Shown here: positions 9,992 through 18,932 of the stretch, piece by piece | How positions within the stretch are numbered: the stretch's first letter is position 1 | Layout of the letters: each line of letters begins with the position of its first letter | NCBI GenBank assembly: GCA_000146465.1 | Contig: CP001946.1 | DNA length: 64,000 bases | Direction: 5' to 3' (one strand) | Notes under the pieces: model-generated | The model's input: the letters and a program-made list of their open reading frames with translations, nothing else | Database searches by the model: none | Told to the model about the DNA's origin: nothing | Program-made: the position numbers and the translations under genes

Positions 9992-11158
9992 ATGAAGACA
10001 ATTAATGATGTAGACATCGAAGGAAAATCTGTATTTCTCCGAGCAGACCTCAATGTCCCCTTGTCCAACTCTACAGTTTTAAATAATTTTAAGATAGTTT
10101 CTGTGCTACCAACAATCCGTCTCCTTTACTCCAAAAACCCCAAAAGGGTGATCATTGGAAGCCATTTCGGAAGACCCCGGGGGAAATACTCCAGGGATCT
10201 TTCTCTCCAACCCGTGTACCGGGCACTAAAAGAACTTCTTAGTAAGGAGCTTGGAATAGACCTGATTTTCTGCGATCTATGGGATGTTGGAAGTATAGAA
10301 GATGCATGGGTATTGGTGGAGAACCTAAGGTTTTATTACGGCGAGGAAGAAAGTGATGACCAAAATACCGTCCGTTGCTACAGGAATGTTTTTGTGAACA
10401 ATATGGACATTGCAGTCATAGACGCATTTGGATGTCTTCATAGAAAGTGTGGATCTATACAAAGGACAGGATTGCCTTCGTACTCAGGGCTTTTAGTCCA
10501 GAAGGAGCTGGTCTCTGCAAGAGAAATAATGAGAGAAAATATAGATCTTATGATACTAGGAGGGAAAAAGGCGTCTGATAAGATCAAACTGCTCAAGTCT
10601 TTGGGAGAAAGGACTAGGAGCTTGTTTATTACTGGAGGATTGGCATTCCCATTTATTAAATATATATTTGGAAGGGAAGTTGGAAAGAGCATCTGCTCAG
10701 ACGTTTCCGAAGAAGAAGTAAAGAGTATATATGAGATCTGTAGAAAGTACGGAACAAATATAGTCCTTCCCATTGACTTTGTTGTTCTCTCTGGCGGAAA
10801 GATATGCATAACCAATGGCATACCTTCTGAGGGAAATGCAATGGACATAGGGCCTGGGACTGTGGAACTGTTGAGGAAGGAAGTATCTAAGGCTCGGGTA
10901 GTCTTTTGGAACGGACCTCCAGGAGTGTTTGAGGAAAAAGACTTTTCCGAAGGGACAAAAGCTCTAGTGAGCATTCTGGAGAGTCTAAAGAAAGAAGAGA
11001 AGAAATCCTTTTGTGGAGGAGGAGAGACTGTAGGTGCAATTAAGTTGTTTGGAAACTATGACAACTTTACTTATGTGTCTACAGGGGGAGGAGCACTGAT
11101 GAAGCTGCTGAGTGGGGAAAATCTTCCCGGCCTTGACTTCCTCTCAAACCAACCTTGA
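9992..11158 (+). CDS. PGK1: phosphoglycerate kinase
   Basis: VFLRADLNVP N-terminal motif, GGGA...hinge and the C-terminal ATP-binding region are all typical of PGK. Confidence 0.9.
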   Translation: MKTINDVDIEGKSVFLRADLNVPLSNSTVLNNFKIVSVLPTIRLLYSKNPKRVIIGSHFGRPRGKYSRDLSLQPVYRALKELLSKELGIDLIFCDLWDVGSIEDAWVLVENLRFYYGEEESDDQNTVRCYRNVFVNNMDIAVIDAFGCLHRKCGSIQRTGLPSYSGLLVQKELVSAREIMRENIDLMILGGKKASDKIKLLKSLGERTRSLFITGGLAFPFIKYIFGREVGKSICSDVSEEEVKSIYEICRKYGTNIVLPIDFVVLSGGKICITNGIPSEGNAMDIGPGTVELLRKEVSKARVVFWNGPPGVFEEKDFSEGTKALVSILESLKKEEKKSFCGGGETVGAIKLFGNYDNFTYVSTGGGALMKLLSGENLPGLDFLSNQP

Positions 11159-11180
11159 GTCTAAAATCAAACTAAGTAGG

Positions 11181-12371
11181 CTATCCCAAGACATTCTTGG
11201 AGTTAATGATCCAGGCATCGTTCTGAGAAAGATCATAGGATACGAAAGACATTTCGTCCCTAAAGCTAGGACAGGAAATGAATAATGTACCTTCTACTGG
11301 CACAACAAACGGATATAGATCCTGGCCTACAACAAACACATCAGGAATGGTATCAATGTCTAGATTCGAGATCCCAAATGGATTGAAGCTGTATTGCGAC
11401 AGAACAACTCTGGCAAAAGAATCTACATAATTCTTCCCAATAAAAGTTCCTTTTTCCTTGTATCTAAACAAATCATCTCTAATAACTCCGATTGAGAAAT
11501 TATCGGTCTCAAGTTTAAATGGGTTGCTTGCTGCCTTAATAATCTTACTGTATTCCTCCGGCACCTCTATCTCCTTTGGAAGAAAGGAAGGATAGACATC
11601 ATCGGCATCTGGGCACAGAATGATATCTGGAATGGATCCAAGTGCGTTGTTCGGCCTAAGTCCATTCATAAAGCTGGTGTAGGAAATACCAGATGATTTC
11701 CCAGAACAAAGCTTCCCCATTAGCACAACAACACCTGTTGGAATCTTGTTTAGAATCTTTCTCAAGGTTGTTCCGTTGGCTTCATTCATATGGAAGTCTG
11801 AAAAAAATAACACCTTAAGATCTCTCCTCTCCTCTTTAGCTTTCTTCGAGGTCTTCTCTATACTGGGGAGATGCACTCTAGACATTACAAATCTGTCTCC
11901 TGTTTTTCTTCCCTCCATAGCTACAAAGATGTTATCACATAGAAACACATCTTCATGACACTCGCTTGTATCGATAGGAATTATGTCCCCATCATCCTCC
12001 AAAACCTCTCTTCCGTTTCTGTCCTTGTAATAACATCCAAAGATAGTGGCATGGTCCTCGTCCAACAAATATATAGGCGTGACTACTCTTTCTATCTTCT
12101 GGAGAAGATGTCTATACTTCAATAGATCGTTCTTCTCCTTGAAATTCTGGCTTAAGACATTATAGACGTCCTTCCGGGTGTCCAGAGACTCGATAATCTC
12201 TCGGATTAGACCTAGGTCTGCAAGCTTCGGTCCGCTTCTCCTCTTGTACTCAATCGATATGTTTTCCAGCATTGAATCATTCTTGATATTGTGTTCCAAA
12301 TATTCCAACGTCTCAGAAGAAAGCATTATTCCTTTCTTGCAGGTAAATTCCTTGTAGATACTTTCTCTCAT
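11181..12371 (-). CDS. DPB2: DNA polymerase epsilon subunit B-like (Pol alpha/delta/epsilon B-subunit family)
   Basis: The C-terminal calcineurin-like domain resembles Dpb2/POLE2 (VLFFSDFH..., VLSQYSFNPF..., IDTIPDVFVVGQDLYPF, ISCPSF). Assignment to epsilon rather than alpha or delta is tentative. Confidence 0.45.
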   Translation of the reverse strand: MRESIYKEFTCKKGIMLSSETLEYLEHNIKNDSMLENISIEYKRRSGPKLADLGLIREIIESLDTRKDVYNVLSQNFKEKNDLLKYRHLLQKIERVVTPIYLLDEDHATIFGCYYKDRNGREVLEDDGDIIPIDTSECHEDVFLCDNIFVAMEGRKTGDRFVMSRVHLPSIEKTSKKAKEERRDLKVLFFSDFHMNEANGTTLRKILNKIPTGVVVLMGKLCSGKSSGISYTSFMNGLRPNNALGSIPDIILCPDADDVYPSFLPKEIEVPEEYSKIIKAASNPFKLETDNFSIGVIRDDLFRYKEKGTFIGKNYVDSFARVVLSQYSFNPFGISNLDIDTIPDVFVVGQDLYPFVVPVEGTLFISCPSFRDEMSFVSYDLSQNDAWIINSKNVLG

Positions 12372-12419
12372 TCCTCCAGGGGAAATTTTCTCAGTCCTTC
12401 ACAATCTTGCCAAATAGTT

Positions 12420-13097
12420 TTATTTAGATTTCTTAGACTCCATTTGCATCTGCTCCCTCAGTCCGTTGTATTTGTCTAGAAGGCTAAAATACTCGTTTTG
12501 GTTGTTCTTCAGCTGCTTTATCAAGATGTCTCCAGACAAAATCTTTTTCTTCAGATCTCCAATCTCTGCTTCCAATTCCTCTATCTTTTCGCTTTTCTTT
12601 GTATTTTCTTCCAAAATCTTCTCAACATATTTCTTCTGATTCATCGACTGCTTCCTGAGGAGATGTGCAGACTCCTCTTCTTTAAAGAGCAGGCACATCG
12701 TTCTAGTGAACATCCGAAATATAATTCCCAGAAACAAGGTAAATCCCGTCAGATACATGTTTCTCTCTGCCTGGTATAGTACGAAAGGATTGATGTGATC
12801 CTCTCCCGTATAGATCTTATATGCCGAGTCCACAAACATTATGAGTATCATTGCAAACAGAACATAGATTATATGAAGAAACCCTCTGTAAAGCTTCGAC
12901 GTTGGAAAAAGCCTTATCATTCTCTTTTTGAGGTTCTTTGATATCGGAAGCAGCATAAACGTGAACATGCACATTTCTCCAAAAAGAATACTTTGCACAA
13001 GTTGTGTGGTAATCCCCATGTTGTTTAAGTAATCTGGAAAAAATAAACCTGGACTATGAAACATCTCGGCAAACAAATAGTTTAATACTTCACTCAT
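12420..13097 (-). CDS. BAP31/Yet-family ER membrane protein (3 TM helices + C-terminal coiled coil)
   Basis: YLFAEMF...VLYQAERNMYLTGFTLFLG parallels BAP31 FLYAEVF...LFRAQRNLYIAGFSLLL. The C-terminal K/E-rich region is a coiled coil. Confidence 0.55.
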   Translation of the reverse strand: MSEVLNYLFAEMFHSPGLFFPDYLNNMGITTQLVQSILFGEMCMFTFMLLPISKNLKKRMIRLFPTSKLYRGFLHIIYVLFAMILIMFVDSAYKIYTGEDHINPFVLYQAERNMYLTGFTLFLGIIFRMFTRTMCLLFKEEESAHLLRKQSMNQKKYVEKILEENTKKSEKIEELEAEIGDLKKKILSGDILIKQLKNNQNEYFSLLDKYNGLREQMQMESKKSK

Positions 13098-14292
13098 CCC
13101 CCGTAAGGTTCATGTCTTCAATAAGACCTCTTCTTAATGCAATCAGTTCGTTCCTCACTCTTTGTGTAGATAAATACAAGTCCTTATAGGCTCCTATTTT
13201 CATTTTGATCTTATTCAGTAATGCCTCGCATATTACATTTCTCAACCTTTCTATTTTCTTTGTTTCCAAATCCTTCTGCTCTCTTGCCTTTTCCTTTCCT
13301 GCGTCTAATATACGCTGAACAACCACGTCTTGTGAGCATTGGCCGATATCCTTGATAGCAATCCGTGCACATTCAGATGCAACCTTTGGATGGACAATTC
13401 CACATATGAAGGCAATAATGCACATAATCGGATTCTCGGCCGTCTCAAATAGCCTTCCAACAGAAAGATCTGCCTTTGAAAATGTGTTCTCCAGTATTGG
13501 AAGCCGAAGGAAATGAAATATACATTGCTCTTTTGTCTTGGTTTCTACATGCTGACTTACCAAATTCCACTCATCTCCGAACTTATTGATTCCCTCCAAC
13601 AGAAGAAACTCCTCTTTTTTGGACCACATGTTTTTAACCAGAGATTCGGTAATGGGGAGAAAGTCCGATCTTAGAATAGTTGCTGGGTAGACTCCATTAT
13701 CAATGCATTCCGAGCATCTAAATACTAAAGACCTTGTGAAAAATGATGCCTTTTCCCCACAGTTACACATAGATCCTTCCAAATGTCTTTTTATATCCAC
13801 AATCTCTTCGGTGTCTCCTTCTTTAGAAGTCTCTTGCACAGAAATGCCATCCTCAATCTTGAAAGACTCAAGGTTTTTGATCTCCTTTACAATCATGCTT
13901 CTACAATTGATTAAACCCCACCTCTCTGAAAACGAAAAGATCTTAAGCATCCAGTACAGATCTATATCCACCAGTGTCAGGGCTTTCCCAACAGTCATCG
14001 GCCTGCACCCATTTTCATAACTATCGATTATTCTGTCTCTACTCTCCACATATTTTTCTTTCCCAACAGCCCGGATAACCTCATCCATGCTTGGAAGTTC
14101 TAATTGACTTACTTCGCCCTTCCTAAACCAGTCGGGGTGCTTCATCTGGTATGTTTCTGTGTCTACAAAGTCCAAAACCCCGCTTTTCATCCCAAATGCT
14201 TTGGATGTTTTCGGGGGATTTGCATTGGGTCTCTTCCTTCCATAGATCTCCTCGATCTCAACACTTTCTTGCAATGGGAAAATGTTTTCCAT
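13090..14292 (-). CDS. SWI/SNF-RSC complex subunit SWI3/RSC8-like (SWIRM + ZZ finger + SANT)
   Basis: SWIRM hallmark ...FSERWGLINC. A ZZ-type Cys cluster (CNCGEKASFFTRSLVFRCSEC). A SANT/Myb domain (WSKKEEFLLLEGINKFGDEWNLVSQHV). Confidence 0.6.
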   Translation of the reverse strand: MENIFPLQESVEIEEIYGRKRPNANPPKTSKAFGMKSGVLDFVDTETYQMKHPDWFRKGEVSQLELPSMDEVIRAVGKEKYVESRDRIIDSYENGCRPMTVGKALTLVDIDLYWMLKIFSFSERWGLINCRSMIVKEIKNLESFKIEDGISVQETSKEGDTEEIVDIKRHLEGSMCNCGEKASFFTRSLVFRCSECIDNGVYPATILRSDFLPITESLVKNMWSKKEEFLLLEGINKFGDEWNLVSQHVETKTKEQCIFHFLRLPILENTFSKADLSVGRLFETAENPIMCIIAFICGIVHPKVASECARIAIKDIGQCSQDVVVQRILDAGKEKAREQKDLETKKIERLRNVICEALLNKIKMKIGAYKDLYLSTQRVRNELIALRRGLIEDMNLTGDE

Positions 14293-14368
14293 CCAGGGCT
14301 ACACCCAAGGGAGTTAAAGAATAACAGAGTAATTTATTCTAGCTTGGCTATGGGAAGAAACATTCGCT

Positions 14369-15529
14369 TCAAAATATTTCCGAGTCGTCGACAGAGGAAT
14401 AGTCATCGTCCATATGATCTTCCATGTCAATTCTATATCTTAAGATCCCTCCAATCCCTCCAAATCCTTCGGCAAATTGCGTTCCCTCCGCGCTCTTGTC
14501 GCTTACAAACATCAAAGTGCATCCAAAGCTCTTGTAGTTTTCGGCAATCCAGTCCACAAACAGCTCTTCGTCCTTGACATTCGTTAGATTCTCATAGACT
14601 ATAAGCGTCTCCACAGCCCCCATCTCCAGGCATTGCATTGTTTCCTTCATCGTAAAACAAAACTTACCGCTCTCTGTGTTGATCTCATCAAAGAACTTCT
14701 GAAGCACCTTCTTTTCCTTGGACAGCTTTACGTCTTTAAGAATATCCTCGCATAGCTCGATGGCTTGATTCAGTCCTCCCTCTCCCCCATAGTTGGTATC
14801 AACCGTCTTTATCACCTTTATACGGTTGTCCAATGCCTGAGATAGCTCGTGCTTGAGATCAGACTGCCCTGCAAGTACAAGCCCCTCCACATTCATAATA
14901 CAGTTCGTCAGAAACAGATTCCCTGCTATCTCTGCAACCTTTTTGACATAGGCATTCCTCTTTTCAACTCTAAGACGTGCAAATCTTACTGACGATTGCC
15001 CTCCTCGTCCATGTTTTTTTGGAAGATCCACATGTATTTGCTGCAGAATCGTCTTCACATTCCCCTGAAGAGTTGCAAACACAGTAGAATGCCCATCCAT
15101 CACAATAAACCCGTACTTGGCCTCGTCTTCAAAAAGTGCCAAGAGATCGTCTACATGGAACTTCGAGTCACACATGTACAAGGATGTGTTCACAGGCTTG
15201 ATAGGCTCAATCCCAACACTGACCTTCTTCTCCTTGTTCTGATCCATAAGAACAGTTCCAACAAATATCCCAAGGCCGTTCGGAGGTGTCTTGTTATACT
15301 GCTTCAGCTTACTTTGAGCAGAGGTGATAGCCCCAAGAACGCTTAGCCTGTTTACTCTTGACTTGATATTCGATGCAGTTCCATACTCATCCGTAAGCAT
15401 CTTCGAAACCCTGGATATCTGATCCCTAGGAGGAATGATTATAGATATCATCGATGTCCCGTTTCCCCGACTGTCGCGAAGGTTCTTCAATAGCTTCTTC
15501 ATCCTCCACATCTCCACTTCATCCAGCAT
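14369..15529 (-). CDS. SUP45: eukaryotic peptide chain release factor subunit 1 (eRF1)
   Basis: NIKS codon-recognition motif ([11 protein letters not shown]). GGQ motif ([11 protein letters not shown]). The N-terminus ([28 protein letters not shown]) matches eRF1. Confidence 0.9.
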   Translation of the reverse strand: MLDEVEMWRMKKLLKNLRDSRGNGTSMISIIIPPRDQISRVSKMLTDEYGTASNIKSRVNRLSVLGAITSAQSKLKQYNKTPPNGLGIFVGTVLMDQNKEKKVSVGIEPIKPVNTSLYMCDSKFHVDDLLALFEDEAKYGFIVMDGHSTVFATLQGNVKTILQQIHVDLPKKHGRGGQSSVRFARLRVEKRNAYVKKVAEIAGNLFLTNCIMNVEGLVLAGQSDLKHELSQALDNRIKVIKTVDTNYGGEGGLNQAIELCEDILKDVKLSKEKKVLQKFFDEINTESGKFCFTMKETMQCLEMGAVETLIVYENLTNVKDEELFVDWIAENYKSFGCTLMFVSDKSAEGTQFAEGFGGIGGILRYRIDMEDHMDDDYSSVDDSEIF

Positions 15530-15592
15530 CTCATGGGCAGCTGCAAATATTTTTATGCTTGGAAAATACTGCTACAGAATAATGAAAACACA

Positions 15593-16336
15593 CTATTTTT
15601 TATTACGTTTACAAGCATTTATATCGATGAATACATCATCCGATTCTGGCTCGTCGGGAAGGTCCACATTCTCAAGCTTTTCCTTCTTATACTTCAATTC
15701 AGTTGCCTTTTGCAAAAGCCCTGTTATGACATCGCTGATTTCATTTTTCTCCTCCTCAGACTCCTTTTGCTCTTGCTCAGCCCTGTATATCCCTATTGTC
15801 TTGTCATAGTACTCTTTGCTTCTTTCAAAGTCCTGCAGAAACTCATAACAGTTTGCGAGGGACAAGTACACATCAGCATACTTGAAGCAGTCTTTTTCAT
15901 ATATCTTGTCCATAACTGCAACACACTCAACCAACTCGTGAAGTGCATCCCGAAACTCATTGTTTAGAAGGCAGATCTCTCCTTGAAGAAACCTTGTCCG
16001 TGCCAGCATCGAGTAGTCTTTCAATATATTGAAGGCATTCTTGCATATCTCCAGAAGATTCCATGCAATCTCCAGATCATCTTCTGCTCCCTTTCTCTCT
16101 TCTAGATTCAGCCCCTTCCTTCCACTGATCTTGGATATCTCCTCAATAAAAAACATATCCGAACTCTTGATAAGAGCATCCGCATACTCGATATAAAGAT
16201 AAGGAACCTTCTCATCATCAGGATTCACTCCTTCAAGGATCTCACTGTATATTCCAATTCCATGCTCAAACTCGCCCTGGGCTATAGATGCTCGAGCCTC
16301 CGAAAGCAATGGAAAGGCTTCAGCAAGATCTTCCAT
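15593..16336 (-). CDS. TPR-like acidic protein, possibly a NASP/Hif1 (SHNi-TPR) histone chaperone
   Basis: Repeated TPR-like helices (YLYIEYADALIK, LEIAWNLLEICKNAF, YLSLANCYEFLQDFERSKEYYDKTI) with an acidic C-terminus. The start is chosen at the MEDLAEAF ATG (16334-16336); the track's longer ORF (to 16399) would overlap the upstream gene. Confidence 0.3.
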   Translation of the reverse strand: MEDLAEAFPLLSEARASIAQGEFEHGIGIYSEILEGVNPDDEKVPYLYIEYADALIKSSDMFFIEEISKISGRKGLNLEERKGAEDDLEIAWNLLEICKNAFNILKDYSMLARTRFLQGEICLLNNEFRDALHELVECVAVMDKIYEKDCFKYADVYLSLANCYEFLQDFERSKEYYDKTIGIYRAEQEQKESEEEKNEISDVITGLLQKATELKYKKEKLENVDLPDEPESDDVFIDINACKRNKK

Positions 16337-16361
16337 ACAAGGGAGAAAAAATTTCTTTATA

Positions 16362-16940
16362 TCAATAGCTATTGTTCCGGAAGTATTCTTTTGGATCAAA
16401 TCGGTGGAAGTCGCAATAGTATCTCCATCCTAGGGTAATGACAAGTCTTTCCTCGTCTCGGACTGCAAAGAGATACCCTTGGCCCTTTGCCCATCTCAGA
16501 AACTCGGAAAAGTCATCTTCGCTCTCAAAAACTTCTGTCTTTTGCAGAAGAAACCATAGTCTAGATATCTCGACTGACTTCTGTTCTAGTACAACAAAAG
16601 TTAGCACTAGAATTAGTCTTCGAAATTCCTCGGTCGGATGTGGATCTACATCATTTGAAGGCTCCAGTCTTCTAATGAAATACTTCTCTGCATCCATAGG
16701 ATCAACAATCTCTACTTTGCTAATCCCAACGAGCTCAAGACCCAACTTTCTCAAATATTCTTTGGAGGCCTCTATGAGGACTATCACCTCCTTTATTCCA
16801 ACTTTAAGCTGTGCTCGAACACTCTGCTTCCTTGTTGGAACAGACTTCCTATGATTTTCTATCAACATCCTTACAAACTCTCCAACCAAGGCTTCATTGT
16901 TGTTCATAAGAAAGGACGAAGCGGTTATTTTCCTAGCCAT
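16362..16940 (-). CDS. NSE3: MAGE-domain protein, Nse3-like (Smc5/6 complex non-SMC element 3)
   Basis: ALVGEFVRMLIENHRKSVPTRKQSV, LGLELVGISKVEIVDP and LILVLTFVVLEQKSVEISRLW...VFESEDD parallel the MAGE homology domain (LVHFLLLKY...FGIELMEVDP...LLIIVLAII...VFEGRED). Confidence 0.5.
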   Translation of the reverse strand: MARKITASSFLMNNNEALVGEFVRMLIENHRKSVPTRKQSVRAQLKVGIKEVIVLIEASKEYLRKLGLELVGISKVEIVDPMDAEKYFIRRLEPSNDVDPHPTEEFRRLILVLTFVVLEQKSVEISRLWFLLQKTEVFESEDDFSEFLRWAKGQGYLFAVRDEERLVITLGWRYYCDFHRFDPKEYFRNNSY

Positions 16941-16955
16941 TTTTACCCACCGAAA

Positions 16956-18875
16956 ATGCCTTCCAGCTTTGTGAGCCTAACTCCGCTCATAAGAACAGAA
17001 ACTGGGATATACTGCCATCTTCTGGAAGTAGATAATGTAAAGATTCTGATAAATTGTGGAGCATCTTACACAATGGACATGTCTATCTATGCCCCTATCC
17101 TTCCCCAGATACTTTCCTGTGATGCCATCCTCTTGACAAGCTTCGGCATCAATTGTATCGGAGGCCTACCCTATATCCTGCAGAACAACTATTATAACAA
17201 AGTCTTTTCTTCGGTACCGGTTAAGGTTCTTGGGAAGATATGCCTGGACGAGCATCTAAGAGGAATGGGGTTGGAGGCAGAAGTAGACATTGGATGCTTT
17301 GAAAGGATATCGGAGATAAAGTATTCGCAACCAACGATGGTAAACGATGTCGAGATATGTGCATACAACTCTGGAAATTCCATTGGAGGATGCTTGTACA
17401 AGATAAGCAAAGGCGCAGAGAAAATTGTTGTTGGGTTCAATGCAAACCATCGAAAGGAGAACCATCTTGATGGGATGGGATTTGCTGGAGTGGGAGATTG
17501 CAGTCTGTGTGTGTTTAATGGAAATCACGTTCTGGCCGAGAACATCTCGATTGCGAAGAGAGACAATATGTTCAGAGAAGCGATTGGAAGCGCCCTTGAT
17601 TTGGGAAGAAAAGTGATTTTGCCAGTGAAGTATTCACGATTTCTTGAGGTTGCTTTGATACTCAACAGTTTTATGGGGCAAAGAAGTGAAAAGATTGCAT
17701 GCCTGTCATACTTTGGGCAGAGATTTGTAGAAAGAGCAAAGTCGATGATAGAGTGGGCTGGAGAGAAGGTCTCCTCCATGTTTTCTGAAGAGAAGATCAA
17801 CCCATTTGAATTTGAAAAAATCGAGTTTATAGGACATTATCGGGATGTTTCTGAATTTGATGTTATAATTGTGATTGATGAGTATGTGCATGGAGGAATA
17901 CTCACGACGGTTCTTCACAAGTTTAATGATGAGAACAATGTTGTTTTTCTCACAGATCCCAGGATGGAAGCCATTATCAAAAAAGAGTCGTTGGGGATGA
18001 AGTGGTATGACTTCAGGCTTGTGGAAAGGGTAAATGAGAAGAAAAGGGGGAATGGAGACATTGAGGCCTCTGTCATTATAGACGATGCACCTGATGCAAA
18101 TGGAGCCGAGACACATTGGTCTGAAACGAGATATGAAGTATGGTGTGAAGGAGGAGATGAAGTCTTCCCGGCGGTATCAAGAAGGAGGGCATATGATGAC
18201 TATGGGGAGTACATGGACAGATCATTGTTCGTAAGTGAGATTCTCTCTGCAGAAGAAATATCTGAGGAAAAGATGGAGAAGGAGGTGGTAGTAGAAGAAA
18301 GAGAGGTTGCAGGGGAAGGAATTGTTTTGAAATACAGAGTTGAAAAGATGGACTTGATGGGAATCTCGGATTTGAACTCTTGCAAGATGATAATAGAAAC
18401 CATCTCTCCAAAGAAACTTGTATGCATTGGAGAGGATGAGGATACAGAGTGCTTCTTCTACCATACGTTCAAGTATATGCCGTGCTTTGAGGATGTATAC
18501 ATGTGTAGGAGCAAGATAATTCTGTCCTCCGATGTTTCTATGGGAATGGTGAAGCTAGATGAAGGATTCGACAGTCTGAACTACCAGATGATAGGGAATG
18601 ACACGGTGGGGAGTTTCCGAGGAGTCAGGGATGGAGATGTGGTGAGATGCATTGGAAACGGCCCCGGGGTGATGATAGGGCATGTAGACATTAATGAGCT
18701 AAGAAGAATGATCATCGAAAGGAACATGAGGGTGGAGCAGGAGGAAAACGGGCTACTGGTTGAAGATTGTGTGTGGATTAGGATAAATGCAGACGGGCTA
18801 ACGATAGATGGAAAAGACTCGGGAGTGTTTTATGCTGTTCGTGATGTTGTGTACATGAACTCGGCCTTCATATGA
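16956..18875 (+). CDS. CFT2: cleavage and polyadenylation specificity factor subunit 2 (CPSF100/Cft2-like; MBL + beta-CASP fold, inactive His motif)
   Basis: MPSSFVSLTPLIRTETGIYCHLLEVDNVKILINCG...DAILLTSFGINCIGGLPYIL parallels CPSF100 MTSIIKLTTLSG...CYLLQVDEFRFLLDCG...[20 protein letters not shown]. The start is at the ATG at 16956; the track ORF from 16851 would run through the divergent Nse3 CDS. Confidence 0.65.
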   Translation: MPSSFVSLTPLIRTETGIYCHLLEVDNVKILINCGASYTMDMSIYAPILPQILSCDAILLTSFGINCIGGLPYILQNNYYNKVFSSVPVKVLGKICLDEHLRGMGLEAEVDIGCFERISEIKYSQPTMVNDVEICAYNSGNSIGGCLYKISKGAEKIVVGFNANHRKENHLDGMGFAGVGDCSLCVFNGNHVLAENISIAKRDNMFREAIGSALDLGRKVILPVKYSRFLEVALILNSFMGQRSEKIACLSYFGQRFVERAKSMIEWAGEKVSSMFSEEKINPFEFEKIEFIGHYRDVSEFDVIIVIDEYVHGGILTTVLHKFNDENNVVFLTDPRMEAIIKKESLGMKWYDFRLVERVNEKKRGNGDIEASVIIDDAPDANGAETHWSETRYEVWCEGGDEVFPAVSRRRAYDDYGEYMDRSLFVSEILSAEEISEEKMEKEVVVEEREVAGEGIVLKYRVEKMDLMGISDLNSCKMIIETISPKKLVCIGEDEDTECFFYHTFKYMPCFEDVYMCRSKIILSSDVSMGMVKLDEGFDSLNYQMIGNDTVGSFRGVRDGDVVRCIGNGPGVMIGHVDINELRRMIIERNMRVEQEENGLLVEDCVWIRINADGLTIDGKDSGVFYAVRDVVYMNSAFI

Positions 18876-18932
18876 AGAGGCTTTTGAACATTAAATCCTG
18901 TGAATTTAGAGACTTACTTCTGTTGGCCCCAG

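Noticed and set aside
10438-10974. 178-aa minus-strand ORF inside the PGK gene
   Set aside because: It is antisense to phosphoglycerate kinase, which is conserved end to end. It is a shadow ORF.
16851-18900. Track start coordinates 16851 (CPSF2) and 18900 (Arp)
   Set aside because: The ORF track initiates at any in-frame start-like codon, for example TTG at 1896, 36550, 59377 and 61896, and GTG at 18900. The ATG at 16851 would read through the divergent Nse3 CDS. Homology-supported ATGs at 16956 and 18933 were used instead.
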